A DNA stretch of 64,000 nucleotides from Eledone cirrhosa (GCA_964016885.1 OZ024748.1:20770001-20834000), one strand, 5' to 3'; positions 14,933 through 31,030 are shown, counted from the first letter of the stretch. Notes: generated from the letters alone by a model not told the origin. Numbers and translations: made by a program.

Positions 14933-16125
14933 AGAATAACTACAGGCTGAAGAAGAATTAGGCATAGATAAAGAAACTGTTAAAGATGTCGACTTTGCAA
15001 TTAAGGCTGCAAAGATCATAAAAATGTTCGTGAAAAATGAAGACCAAAGAAAACTTTGCGCGAAAATGGGAGCAGAAACCTCTGCATGGCAATATGTCCT
15101 CCGTAGCAAAGAACCTGATGTAGATCAAACTCTCAGTCATCAATGGTTGCAGAGTTTTCCATTAAAGACAGAGAGTGTGGGGCTCATTTTGCCTGCACAA
15201 GACCTGTGCCATTCAACTCGCAATGTGATCAAAAATATAGTTGACCCAAAGTGTTGATTTTGTGATGGACATGTTGAGACCATTGTCCACTTGGTTTCAG
15301 GCTGCAATGTATTAGTTTCACAGGAATATGAAATTAGGTATGATAGATTTGGGCAATATTTGCACTGGGTAATATACAGGTTTTACAGCATAAAGCCAAA
15401 AGGAAAATAGTACAAGCATCACCTAGGGGCATTAACAGGAGGTGAAGATGTGACAGTTCTTTAAGATGTCATGATGATCTCTGACATAAAGATCAAAACC
15501 AATAGACTAATAATTGTTTCTACTTTTGGCACAAAGCCAGCAATTACTCAGTACAATACTGGTACTTTATTTTATCGACCCCGTAAGGATGAAAGGCAAA
15601 GTTAACCTCGGTGGGATTTGAACTCAGATCATAAATCTATGTTGCAAAGCTAGGTGTCCGACTCTCTACCGATACTGCCAATCCACCAATAGTATTAATA
15701 ATAATAATGATAAAAACAAAACATGCTTCCTAATTGACTTAAGCATACGGTCAGATTATTTATTCTGGAAATCTCAACAAATATAAAGATCTAATAATTG
15801 AAGTTAAGGAAGTTGTGTCATCTTAAAAACTGTACAATACCAGTGAGATTCTTTGTACTTGGAATGATAAAATAAAACGAACAGAAAAGGATTTGCACCG
15901 GAAAGCCATCCCTGCAAGAAATGCAGAAAATAGTGCTGACTGTCACTGCACATGTCAAGGGAAGGGCATTAATTGCTAAAATATTTCCTGTTCTGTTGGT
16001 GCTCTTGTTATAGTATGTGTATGCCAACTGATTGTTAAATGTTGTGTATTACCAAATTTTGCCTCGAGTTGACATCCTGCGAGATATAGGGGAAGAAGAG
16101 AATTGAAAAGAAATTTCAAACAACA
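14930..16125 (+). pseudogene. R4/Dong-like (restriction-like endonuclease) non-LTR retrotransposon 3' region, decayed, with SINE 1 inserted at 15511-15688
   Basis: SHQWLQSFPLKTESVGLILPAQD...C*FC...ETIVHLVSGC...YLHW...KTNR...CFLID...KYKDL; CCHC finger plus PD..D motif region; trinucleotide tail. Confidence 0.8.
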
Positions 16126-16159
16126 ATGGTAATAATGATGATGATGATGATCATGATCA

Positions 16160-16193
<34 letters not shown>

Positions 16194-16315
16194 GGTGGTG
16201 GTGCGGAGGAGGAGGAGGATGGTGATGATGATGATGATGATGAGGAGGAGGAGGAGGAGGAGGGGGAGGAGGGGGGTGAAGGTGATGATGAAAATGATGA
16301 TGGTGGTGGTGATGG

Positions 16316-16360
<45 letters not shown>

Positions 16361-16402
16361 CGACGATGATGATAATGAGGAAAATGAGGATGATGATGAT
16401 GA

Positions 16403-16446
<44 letters not shown>

Positions 16447-16705
16447 ACAATAGCAATAATATTGTGAAGTAAATAGGAGAAATAAGAGGAGTAATGTTAT
16501 AATTTCTTTGACGTTTAAAAAAAAATCATTCCTCAGGACATATATGTGGAAATATTACGAGAAAATATAATGTAATTCAATTAAAATTGGCTTCAGTGAA
16601 AAACGAGTTTCAAAACGACAGTAAATCCGAATAGCTACTGCTTCTAACAAAAACATTCTCAGTTCAAACTGCTTAATACAACTACTACTACTAATAATAA
16701 TAATA

Positions 16706-16896
16706 ATTGTTTCTACTTTTTGGCACAAGGCCAGCATTTACCCAGTGCATTGTTACTGGTACTTTATTTTATCGACCCCGTAAGGATGAAAGGCAAAGTT
16801 AACCTCGGCGGGCGGGATTCGAACTCAAAATGGCAAGGGCCGTAACTCTATGCGTCAAAGCATAGCGTCCGACCCTCTACCGATACTGCCAATTCA
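16706..16896 (-). mobile_element. SINE family 1
   Basis: Reverse complement of the family consensus. Confidence 0.85.
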
Positions 16897-17715
16897 CAAG
16901 AAGAAGAAGAAGAAGAAGAAGAGTATATTGAGCAACCAGTATTAGAGTTACTTCACTGCATAAATTGTGGTAAGTTTTTATTGTAATACAAAAGTTAAAA
17001 TAGATATACGGTAAGAAACTATAACCAAAATAACAGAATAAATGTTTATGCAGAACGAGGCGTATATTACGAGAAAAAACTAAGATCAATTTAATGTTGG
17101 TATTACTAGAGTTTATACGCCTGGATGTGAAAATGTAAATGACTGTGATAAAATATTGTTATCCCCTTCTTTCAAGGAAGAACATATGAGATTGGCTTTA
17201 TATATTTTACTGTTAATTGGCCGATCATTAGAGGACAAGAACTCTTACCTTTCAGTCTACGAAGAGAATTTATAGCCAAACGCTATTTATATTAAATACA
17301 AACCCGAACTTAACTTAATGGCTTGACTAATTTACATAATGTGTGTGCGTTCGCCGGCGACGCAATTAATTAAATATTAAATATGTATGCATGACACAGC
17401 GGCGTAAATTAGAAAATGTAAGATATCTTTATGGTCTAAGAAGTCATTTATGATTTCACATGTTTAGGTCACTTGACAGCGGCCGTGCTGGAGTATCATC
17501 TTGAGTTAATCATATCAACCCCAGTACTGATTTTTGTCAGGTCTGGTACTTATTTTATCAATAATTTACATTTTTTATCGAACCGCTACGTTACAGTGTA
17601 CAAAAAGAGATACAAACAAGATCAAAGATCTATACACACTTCAACAGCATTCTAATAAACATTGCCTGTACAGGTAATCAAAGTGTGTATACATTTTTTG
17701 GAGATACCCATGGCT

Positions 17716-17751
<36 letters not shown>

Positions 17752-17754
<3 letters not shown>

Positions 17755-17943
17755 ACGAAGGAAATGTGGTAAGGAACCAGGTGGACCATAACGCACCAAA
17801 GTACTCAATACTTAGGGTAGTAGAGTGGGTAATAGGAACGAGTAGGACCCCGACGGCTGAGCTCAAGCCGTTTCGACGGCTAATTCCAGAATTAGCCGTC
17901 GAAACGGCTTGAGCTCAGCCGTCGGGGTCCTACTCGTTCCTAT
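17752..17943. mobile_element. Family D inverted pLTR: perfect 55-bp-arm palindrome carrying the 3' half of an HHR
   Basis: 17832-17886 and 17889-17943 are exact inverses; GAAAC GGC...GCC GUC GGGGUCC. Confidence 0.8.
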
Positions 17944-18407
17944 ATATATATGCTGTTGGTGATGGTAGTCGCCGTTGTCGTTTTGTAGTCATGGTGATGA
18001 TGATGATTATGTCGTTGATGGAGGAAGAGGGGGAGATGAGGAGGAAGGAGGTAGAGGAAGATGATGATGATGAGGAGAAGGGGGAGAGGGGGAGGGGAGG
18101 GGGGAGGGGGAGGAGAAAGATGAGGAGGGCGATGAGTAAAACGAGGAAAAGGAAGTTGAATAGCAAGAGGAATAGTAAATGGAGGAAGAGGAAAAGGAAG
18201 AGTAGGGGGAAGTGGAGGAAGGGATAAAGGAAGAGGAGGAGGAGGAAATGGAGGAAGTGGAGGAAGAAGAAGAGGAAATGGAGGAAGTGGAGGAAGAGGG
18301 AAAAGGAAGAGGAGGAAGAAGAGGAGGAGGAAGCGAAGGAGGAAGATGAGAAGAAAGATGAGGAGGGGAATGAGTAAGAAAGGGAAAAAAGAAGATGAGT
18401 AGGAAGG

Positions 18408-18473
<66 letters not shown>

Positions 18474-18910
18474 GAGGAAGTGGAGGATGTAGTGAAGGCG
18501 GAAGTGGAGGGGTAAGAGGAGGCGGAAGTGGAGGGGTAAGAGGAGGCGGAAGTGGAGGGGTAAGAGGAAGTGGAAGTGGAGGGATAAGAGGATGGTGAAA
18601 AAGAGGACGGCGGCGACGACGACGACCAGAAAGAATTACATCAAAGAAAAACAAACAAGAAAACAAAAGCAAAGATAAAGAAAAAGTTCATAAAATAAGC
18701 TTTAAATCCCATTGAGAAGATAGCAAGAGATGAAGTGTATTGAGTAGTATCTGGCAGACATTGCCTTATCAGACCCTCCACATATGACCACCTCTCTGAG
18801 AGGCTGTCGAAGATCTTTCATCTGAATATCAGAATATGAGATGAAACATCGTGTTAATATCTTTGATAAAAAAAATACTTCTAGCATCTATCATAAACGA
18901 TTTATTGAAT

Positions 18911-21900
18911 AGAGACACACGCACACATATACATATATACACATATACATATATACATATATACATATATACACATATACATATATACACATATACATAT
19001 ATACACATATACATATATACACATATACATATATACACATATACACATATACATATATACACATATACATATATACACATACATATATACACATATACAT
19101 ATATACACATATACATATATACACATATACACATATACATATATACACATATATATATATACATATATACATATATACATATATACACATATACATATAT
19201 ACACATATACATATATACACATATACATATATACACATATACATATATACATATATACATATATACACATATACATATATACACATATACATATATACAC
19301 ATATACATATATACATATATACATATATACACATATACATATATACACATATACATATATACATATATACATATATATACATATACATATATACACATAT
19401 ACATATATACACATATACATATATACATATATACATATATACACATATACATATATACACATATACATATATACACATATACATATATACATATATACAT
19501 ATATATACATAAACATATATACACATATACATATATACACATATACATATATACATTAATACATATATACACATATACATATATACATACATACATATAT
19601 ACACATATACATATATACACATATACATATATACACATATACATATATACACATATATATATACACATATACATATATACACATATACATATATACACAT
19701 ATACATATATACACATATACATATATACATATATACACATATACATATATACACATATACATATATACACATATACATATATACACATATACATATATAC
19801 ATATATACATATATACACATATACATATATACACATATACATATATACACATATACATATATACATATATACATATATACACATATACATATATACATAT
19901 ATACATATATACACATATACATATATACATATATACATATATATACATAAACATATATACACATATACATATATACACATATACATATATACATATATAC
20001 ATATATACATATATACACATATACATATATACACATATACATATATACACATATACATATATACACATATACATATATACATATATACATATATACACAT
20101 ATACATATATACACATATACATATATACACATATACATATATACATATATACATATATACACATATACATATATACACATATACATATATACACATATAC
20201 ATATATACACATATACATATATACACATATATATATACACATATATATATATACATATATACATATATACACATATACATATATACACATATACATATAT
20301 ACATATATACACATATACATATATACACATATACATATATACACATATACATATATACACATATACATATATACATATATACATATATACACATATACAT
20401 ATATACACATATACATATATACACATATACATATATACATATATACATATATACACATATACATATATACACATATACATATATACACATATACATATAT
20501 ACATATATACATATATATACATAAACATATATACACATATACATATATACACATATACATATATACACATATACATATATACATTAATACATATATACAC
20601 ATATACATATATACATACATACATATATACACATATACATATATACACATATACATATATACACATATACATATATACACATATATATATACACATATAC
20701 ATATATACATATATACATATATACACATATACATATATACACATATACATATATACATATATACACATATACATATATACACATATACATATATACACAT
20801 ATACATATATACACATATACATATATACATATATACATATATACACATATACATATATACACATATACATATATACACATATACATATATACATATATAC
20901 ATATATACACATATACATATATACACATATACATATATACACATATACATATATACATATATACATATATATACATAAACATATATACACATATACATAT
21001 ATACACATATACATATATACACATATACATATATACATTAATACATATATACACATATACATATATACATACATACATATATACACATATACATATATAC
21101 ATATATACATATATACACATATACATATATACACATACATACATATATATATATACACACACATACACATATACACACATATACACATACGCACATACAT
21201 ATACATAGACATACACACATACACATACATACACACATATACACATGCAAACACATACACGCATATAAACGTACACATATACACATATACATATATACAC
21301 ATATACATATATACACATACATATACATACACGCACACACATATATATATATATACACACACATACACATATACACAAATATACACATACACACATACTT
21401 ATACATAGACATTCACATACACACATACACACATATACATACACACATGCATACACATACACGCATATACACGTACACATATACATATATACACATATAC
21501 ATATATACACATACATATACATACACACACATATATATACACACATATACACATATACACACATATACACATACACACATACATATACATAGACATACAC
21601 ATACAAACACATACACGCATATACATGTACACATATACATATATACACATATACATATCATCATCATCATCATCATCACCATTTTACGTCCGCTTTTCGC
21701 AGTTTGCAAGGGTGGGACATATACACATACATACACATACACACACATATACATACATACACATGTACACATACATACACATACACACATACATAGACAT
21801 ACACATACACACATACACATACATACACACATATACACAAACACATGCACACATGCATACACATACACGCATATACACGTACACATATACATATATACAC

Positions 21901-22097
21901 ATATGCATATACACATACATATACATACACACACATACATATACACATACACACATATATATACACATACACATACACACATACACATACACACATATAT
22001 ATATACACACACATGCACACATACATACACACATACATATACATAGACATACGCATACACACATATACACATATATACACACATATACACATACACA
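18911..22097. repeat. ~3.2-kb (ACATATACATATATAC)n-type satellite with higher-order blocks
   Basis: 16/14-bp units; marker variants CATAAAC and CATTAAT recur. Confidence 0.9.
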
Positions 22098-22749
22098 TGT
22101 GTGGTGACCTTTCCCACTTGTGTGGTGACCTTTCCCGGCTGCGCGCTGGGCACTCGGAAAGTTCAGCCTTCCTTGAGTGCTCGGAAAAATAAATTTCTCC
22201 TCTTTCGGTAAATGAAATTACTCGGAGCCGATGGCTTTGCCCCGGTCCACCGCGCCGCCTGTTTTCGGCCGCCACATTATACTTGTACAAACTCCAGGTT
22301 TGGGCGTGACTATTAGCTGTGTCGTGCCTCCACTAACACGTAAATAAACCCCTAATGTGTGATTTAATAGTATTCGTGGTATAGACGATGGCCTGTCGAA
22401 ATTGTGGAGTTCCCGCTAGCGATCCGGGGGCCAAAGTTAGCTACGTTCCTAGAGTACTCGGAAAAATTAATTTCCATTTCTTTCGCTGGACGATACCACT
22501 CGAGACTGGCTGACTCATGGTGGTGGGTGTGCTGGCTGGACTCCCAATCGAAATCTTTACTCTATAGCCCATCCTAATATATACAACATTTTTTTCATAT
22601 ATGACTCTCTTCGTAATTTCATTAAATAAATAAATCTCGCTACCTCTATTTTTCAATTTACCATTTTGCAATTTAATATTTTTAATTTAATTTAATTTCA
22701 TCCTATAACTCGCAACATAAATTTAACGTTCCAATCTTCGGTTCACACA
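22098..22749. mobile_element. Candidate solo LTR
   Basis: TGTGTG...CACACA termini, ~650 bp, GC-richer unique sequence, AATAAA; no clear target-site duplication. Confidence 0.35.
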
Positions 22750-22782
22750 TTAGACCATACAGACACCCATTATAGATTCTAA

Positions 22783-22962
22783 GGGCGGTGGATTGGCAGT
22801 AACGGTAGAGGATCGGACGCCATGCTTTGACGTATAGAGTTACGGCCCTTGCCATTCTGAGTTCAAATCCCGCCGAGGTTAACTTTGCCTTTCATCCTTA
22901 TGGGGTTGATAAAATAAAGTACCAGTAATACACTGGGTAATTTGCTGGCCTAGAAACAATTA
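22783..22962 (+). mobile_element. SINE family 1
   Basis: Matches family consensus. Confidence 0.85.
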
Positions 22963-23154
22963 TAGATTCTTTGGGTAGCATTTTTTCGCGGCATTTTCTA
23001 ACATGAATGTAGTTTGACCCTTACACTACACTTCTTTCTCCCTTTCTTTCTTTCTTTCTTTCTTTCTTCCCCTTCTTCTTTGACGGAGTGGTGGTAGCGC
23101 ATTGTAAGCCTTCGCCCCCTCACCAGATATTCATTGGTAGTTGTTTCGATTGCT

Positions 23155-23362
23155 AACACTCTGAGGGCGGCTGGCTGAGAAGCTAGTCGGTCAGCCGTCC
23201 CCTCTGTCTCTGATTTTTCGGACCCATGGCTTTTTACATATTCCTTTGTTATATTCCAATACATGATATCACCGGATTCATATGGAACCCGGTCATTGAA
23301 ATGATCATAGTATAATAAACCTTTCAAGGATTTACACCAGTCCAGCCTCCTGTTATTTCATT
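23155..23362 (+). mobile_element. Family I HHR element, core partly deleted
   Basis: Inverse homolog of 29452-29670; retains ACCGG/CCGGT and GAAATGATCATA. Confidence 0.65.
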
Positions 23363-23400
<38 letters not shown>

Positions 23401-24154
23401 AACTTTAATTATATCTCATAAAATAATACAACTGGTTTTTCCACATTATACATTTTGTTAGCACCCCAAACACTTAAATTGGGTTTATATTTTAATATAA
23501 CCTAATGTTTGTTGAGTGAGATGGTTACCAGTCAGAGTTTAGCTTTAAACTATCTCTGTTATTGTATTATATATATATATACACACATATATCTATATAT
23601 ATATATGTATATGTTTATGACACGCACACATACATATATATTTTCTCATACAGGCACACACATTCTCAGACTCAATTGCATACACACACACACACACACA
23701 CGCACACACACAGACACTCACCCACACATCTGAGTGAAAAGTGTGACATCTAAAAAAATTCTCTTCATTTAGAAACAAAATAATTTGTTAATTTTTGTTA
23801 AATTGAAATTATTTATTGAATTCGGATTACATCCACCAAACAACAACACCAGTAACAAATACTACCACTATAACCACCACTACCACTGCCATCACCACAA
23901 TTACCACCACCATCACCACCACAATCACCACAAACCACCACTACCATCATCAACACCTCCACCACCATCAACACCACCATCATCGTGTTGATGGTGGTGG
24001 TGTTGGTGGTGGTGGTGTTTGTGGGGATTGAGGCGGTGATGGTGGTGGTGTTCACCACCATCACCGCCCCAATCCCCACAAACCAACACCACTATCAACA
24101 CCACCACCAGTACCACCCCTACCATCACCACAACCGCTGCCGTCGACACCGCAG

Positions 24155-24212
<58 letters not shown>

Positions 24213-24649
24213 CACTAGCAACAACAACAACCACACACCACCACCACCACCACCACCACTACCACCATACCACCACAACAACAAGAACAAACTACTACAA
24301 AGTTAATATGTTTATTCATAATGGAAACTTAATAATCAATTCTCCAGACATGATTATTCAGTAGATTATAACTAGTTAAATCCCCTTGCTAAACAATTTC
24401 GTAATGGTTCAGACATGAAGGTGTTAGAAGAGATAAAATAAAATAAAATATTATTTTAAAATTTCAGAATTAAAATTAACCCAAATATAGTTAATTAGGC
24501 GGCATATTGGCAAAGTTGTTAGAGCGTACTATAAGACGTCTGGCGGTATTTGTATTCTGTGCTTTCTGTGTCTTCTGTGCTTTCTGTGTGTGAGTTCTTA
24601 AGTGGTAGACAACCGTTTCCCCAAATGTGCATGGGTGCCTGACTACGCA

Positions 24650-25400
24650 GTCACATTATTTGTGCTGCGCAGTCGTAGTATTGGTAATAGAAAGTCGCAG
24701 TATGGGTAATGGAAAGTCGCAGTATTGGTAACGGGAAGTCGCACTATGGGTAATAGAAAGTCGCAGTATTTGTGCTACGCAGTCGGACTATTCGTGCTGC
24801 GCAGTCGCAGTTTTGGTTAATGGGTAGTGGCAGTATTTGTGCTGCGCAGTCGCAGTATTGGTAATGAGAAGTCGCAGTATTTGTGCTGCGCAGTCGCAGT
24901 ATTGGTAATGAGAAGTCGCAGTATTTGTGCTGCGCAATCGCAGTATTGGTAATGAGAAGTCGCAGTATTTGTGCTGCGCAGTCGCAGTATTGGTAATGAG
25001 AAGTCGCAGTATTTGTGCTGCGCAGTCGCAGTATTGGTAATGAGAAGTCGCAGTATTTGTGCTGCGCAATCGCAGTATTGGTAATGAGAAGTCGCAGTAT
25101 TTGTGCTGCGCAGTCGCAGTATTGGTAATGAGAAGTCGCAGTATTTGTGCTGCGCAGTCGCAGTATTGGTAATGAGAAGTCGCAGATTTGATGCTGCGTT
25201 GCTGCTGTTTTGATGCTACCCACATTAAAATGGTGTCACACACATTAAAATGTTGTCACCCACACTAAAATCGTGTCACACACATTAAAATGTTGTGACA
25301 CACATTAAAATGGTGACACACACATTAAAATGGAGTCGCTACACATTAAAATGGCGCCGCGCATATTGAAACGGTAACGCACACATTGACCCATTGTCAC
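24650..25400. repeat. 44-bp (2x22) minisatellite followed by a 20-bp minisatellite
   Basis: GTCGCAGTATTTGTGCTGCGCA+GTCGCAGTATTGGTAATGAGAA to ~25190; CACATTAAAATGGTGTCACA from 25221. Confidence 0.9.
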
Positions 25401-25548
25401 GCAACCAGCAAGATACACCATCATCTAAGCACCATAACAAAAGTCTTAGATTAGTCAAGGCTATAGTTCTCTCCCTTTGCAGCAGAGGGAGTTTCTTTCT
25501 TGAAATTGCAAAGATAGTCTTAGTTGATTGTTTTATTTTCTCACACAG

Positions 25549-25590
<42 letters not shown>

Positions 25591-25599
25591 ACGCACACG

Positions 25600-25648
<49 letters not shown>

Positions 25649-25661
25649 GCGCGCACGCGCG

Positions 25662-25726
<65 letters not shown>

Positions 25727-26308
25727 GCGCGCATTTAATCTCTCATGCTCACACGTACATATATTTTCATATATAAACAACGATATATAAGTAGTAGACA
25801 TATATTATATATGTATATATGGATGAATGTAGTATGTATATATATATATATATATATATGTTTATATGTATGTATATATGCATGTATGTGCGTATGAATG
25901 TATATGTGTATGTATGCACATGTGTGTATGCTTGTATACGTGTCCACATCCGTGTGAGTATCAGTGTGTAAGAGTGTGTGAGTGTGTGCGTACACATACT
26001 TGTAAAGACTTTTACACAACACGAATATAAAAGTTGAAACACACAGACACACACACAAACACAGAGATACACACATAAACACACATATATACACATAAAC
26101 ACACATATATACGCATAAACACACATATATACACATAAACACACATATATACACAAAGACATATACACACTGGAATCTTGAAATGTATCCAAAGAAGAAA
26201 AGGAAGAAATAGGGAAGAGAGACGATAAAAGAGTGTTAGAGAGACAGAGAGAGGGGAGGAAGAATATATATATATATATATATATACGCACATAATATAT
26301 ATGTATAC

Positions 26309-26409
<101 letters not shown>

Positions 26410-26509
26410 TGTGTGTGTAAATATATATGTAAATATATATATATATATGTATTTACATTTATATATATAGATAGATAGATAGAGAGAGAGAAGGAGAGAG
26501 GGAGAGAGA

Positions 26510-26556
<47 letters not shown>

Positions 26557-26672
26557 GAGGAAAGAGTGGGGGAGAGACAGAGCATGATTAATATGAGAAT
26601 TTTTTCGTTTGATCTATTTGATACATGGAACATGGAAATGACTATTTTGCCCAGAACACTTTATACACATTC

Positions 26673-27027
<355 letters not shown>

Positions 27028-27210
27028 GAAACATATGTTTATATATATATATGAATATATGCACACACACACATACACACATATATATATATATGCGTAT
27101 AAATGAATATTCATATATATACACATATACATATGCATATATAAATATATTTATATATATATATGTATATATACATACATATATATATATGTATATATAT
27201 GTATATATAC

Positions 27211-27274
<64 letters not shown>

Positions 27275-27359
27275 TATATAGAAACAATACCTATATGTGC
27301 GTGTATATATATATGTGTGTGTATATATATATGTATATATATATATATATGTATGTATA

Positions 27360-27392
<33 letters not shown>

Positions 27393-27402
27393 GAAATACT
27401 AA

Positions 27403-27437
<35 letters not shown>

Positions 27438-27438
27438 C

Positions 27439-27493
<55 letters not shown>

Positions 27494-27609
27494 TATATAC
27501 ACACACATATATATATATACACACACATATAGGTATTGTTTCAATATATTGTGTATATTGCCATTGTTTTGGAGTATGTAATTATATAATCTATTATATA
27601 AATTATATC

Positions 27610-27684
<75 letters not shown>

Positions 27685-27965
27685 CTGTAATGTATATCGC
27701 TTTCTTTGTGATTTACTTATTACAATCAACAAATGACTTTACTGGAGGGGAATCTATGTCATAAAGTACATCTAAACGTCTAATGGTAAATACCTACATA
27801 CACATATACAAACACATATATACATACACACATACACACACATGCACACACATACACACATACATACACGCATTCAAACACATACACACATACACACACA
27901 CATACATACACACATACATACACACATGCATACACATACACACATATACACACATACACGCACAT

Positions 27966-28029
<64 letters not shown>

Positions 28030-28031
<2 letters not shown>

Positions 28032-28242
28032 TATAAGATCAAAAGATGGTTAAAACAGTTCCATGTATTTTATTATGCGCATTTCAAAAACAAATATCAT
28101 CATGAGATGACATTTGCGTTTTCGTTAGATAAAATAGGGATACATGATATGAAGGTTAGAAAACACTTGTGCATAGTGAAGTTTTAAATCAACATTTGCG
28201 ATATCTGCATTGCTTTATTGTACTACAATAAAACTCACCTCC

Positions 28243-28246
<4 letters not shown>
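28030..28246. mobile_element. Family A element with mutated HHR (CUAACGA) at 28067-28135 (-)
   Basis: Homology to 5691-5958. Confidence 0.75.
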
Positions 28247-28303
<57 letters not shown>

Positions 28304-28353
28304 ATAATAATAAATTTGAAGACTAAAATCATTAATAAATATTAATAAATATA

Positions 28354-28439
<86 letters not shown>

Positions 28440-28892
28440 TAAATATACACGCGCCTACATTCGCAGAAATATTCCTCTAGACGCATGCACATATAGCAAT
28501 GTTCAGTATACATACATATATGTAGATAGACAGGCACACACATACACGCGCACGCGCGTGTGTAAAGACAGATAGATTAAAATAGATTTTATATATATAT
28601 ATATATATGTATTTATATATATATATATAACGGCGATGAATTAGTTTTGCGAGTTTTTTTATATGAAATCGTGTGTCGAAACAAATATTGTTATAATTGT
28701 GGAGGGTTATATTTCTGTAATATTGCCAGAATTAATAACAGAACACACTCACTGTTTGGTTGGTTTTCGCTTTTCGCTTCTGTGTCTTTTATATCTGTAA
28801 TCTAATTTATTCGGTCCTCAAGGTTGCCATTGACTGACCAACGGTCAAAAATAATACAGATACAATATAGACACAAACACATATATATAGTT

Positions 28893-28936
28893 TATCAAAA
28901 TTCTTTCGTTGCACATCTGCAACATCGTCAGTGGTG
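28893..28936 (-). ncRNA. Hammerhead motif, stems I and III decayed
   Basis: CA-CUGACGA-u-GUUGCA gaug UGCAAC-GAAAG aa UUU-UG. Confidence 0.55.
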
Positions 28937-29351
28937 CTATTGTTTCCTCCCGTTGCATTGTATTTTCTACGCCATCTTTATTTAGTCTGTTTATATATTT
29001 ATTTGTTTATTTTATTTTGTCTTCTTTGCGCATGCGTTTGCGTGTGTGTATAGTGTTTTGTTTGATGAGTGCTCGTGATTGGGTGACTGTGTATTGGTTA
29101 ATGTATTCTATCTTTACTAGTGTGTGTTTATATGTGTTTGTTGTTATTGTGCTTGTGTATTTATTTATTTATTTATTTATTTATTTATCTATTTATTTAT
29201 TTATACTTCTCTTAGGTCTTTGATAAACTATATATATGTGTTTGTATAACTATATATATATATATATATATTTATTTATATATGTATATATAAATACATA
29301 TATATATATGTATATGTATATATATATATGTGTATATATATATATATATAT

Positions 29352-29429
<78 letters not shown>

Positions 29430-29502
29430 GTATATATATGTATATGTAATATAAATAAAATAACAGGAGGATGGACTGGTGTAAATCCTTGAAAGATTTA
29501 TT

Positions 29503-29560
29503 ATACTATGATCATTTCAATGACCGGGTTGCGTATGAATCCGGTGATATCATCAGGTAT
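29503..29560 (-). ncRNA. Type I hammerhead ribozyme (family I)
   Basis: AUAC-CUGAUGA-uaucACCGG...CCGGUcauu-GAAAU GAUC AUA-GUAU; palindromic stem III. Confidence 0.8.
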
Positions 29561-29689
29561 TCGAAATATAACAAAGGGACATAACAGATAAAATCCATGG
29601 GTCCGAAAATCAAAGACAAAGAGGACGACTGACCAACTAGCTGCTTTCACCTCAGTCAGTCGCCCTCAAGTATATATCTATATATATTT

Positions 29690-29895
29690 ACAGATAGGAC
29701 GCTCTATCTCAAAATTATTGTTGAAAAGCATTAGAAATGCGCAACCGGTAAAACTTAAAACCAAAACTGAATACTAAACAATACTATTACTAATTCTCAC
29801 TTATTCCTAATTAAACTATTTTTCACTGTGAACAATTTGTCAGCATTTTCTATTCCGTTTACCAATATATAATAACTTGTGTGTTACACCTCTAT

Positions 29896-29954
<59 letters not shown>

Positions 29955-30215
29955 AAAGAATAGAGGTGTAACACACAAGTTATTATATATTGGTAAACGG
30001 AATAGAAAATGCTGACAAATTGTTGAGAGCAAACAGCACGGACACTCTATCTCAAAATTATTTTTGAAAAGCATTTAGAAATGCGCAACCGGTAAAAACT
30101 TAAAAACTTAAAACCACAACTGAATACTAACCCATACAATTACTAATACTCTTTTATTCCTAATTAAACCATTTTTCAACTGTAAACAATTTGTCAGCAT
30201 TTTCTATTCCGTTTA

Positions 30216-30220
<5 letters not shown>
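29690..30220. mobile_element. Unclassified element in direct-plus-inverted arrangement around (TA)n
   Basis: ~29697-29870 is repeated at ~30040-30220; ~29831-29901 is inverted at ~29954-30024. Confidence 0.65.
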
Positions 30221-30285
<65 letters not shown>

Positions 30286-30468
30286 ATGGAATACTGTTAG
30301 CTTCTCGCTACAACAATTTCTATACTTTTCATTTATATATATTCATTTATAATTTTGTTGCGTGTATAAATGCTTGATAGTATAACACTCACACATATCG
30401 TTATATATATATACATTCATATATATATGTATGTATGACTGGGTTTGTGTTTATATATACACAGACAA

Positions 30469-30542
<74 letters not shown>

Positions 30543-30546
<4 letters not shown>

Positions 30547-31021
30547 TAAATCTACCAAAAGTTTACGGCAGTGTCCAATCCGTATGAAGAACTCAATGTA
30601 ATCCGGATATCATGGAAAGAAGAGATGCATTTAAAAATCACTTTCGGTGAAAGATAAACGGAATACAGAGTCAAGATAAAATGTTAAAAAAATAATGAAT
30701 AAAACAATGAAACAGTTCCTTATATTAAACAAAAAAAGTTCATTATTTAACGATCGTTTCTAGGACATATATGAGTTAGAATTGGCATGCATATTCAACA
30801 GATCTATGTACAAAATTATACAAAATTATACAAACTATCAAATATAATATACATACCAACACATACATATGCCGTCTTCAGAAATAATTATTTTGTACAT
30901 AGATCTGTTGAATATGCATGCCAATTCTAACTCATATATGTCCTAGAAACGATCGTTAAATAATGAACTTTTTTTGTTTAATATAAGGAACTGTTTCATT
31001 GTTTTATTCATTATTTTTTTA

Positions 31022-31030
<9 letters not shown>
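30543..31030. mobile_element. Family B element with HHR at 30742-30888 (-) and inverted partial copy
   Basis: AUUAUUU-CUGAAGA-...~110-nt stem II...-GAAAC GAUC GUU-AAAUAAU; ~30890-31028 is the inverse of ~30679-30815. Confidence 0.8.

Noticed and set aside
18829-21392. Very long ORFs (up to 833 aa) and the many YI/TH/CV-repeat ORFs across the window
   Set aside because: Translations of stop-free microsatellites, open in several frames on both strands.
24744-25243. Cys-rich repeat ORFs
   Set aside because: Arise from a 44-bp repeat cycling through frames.
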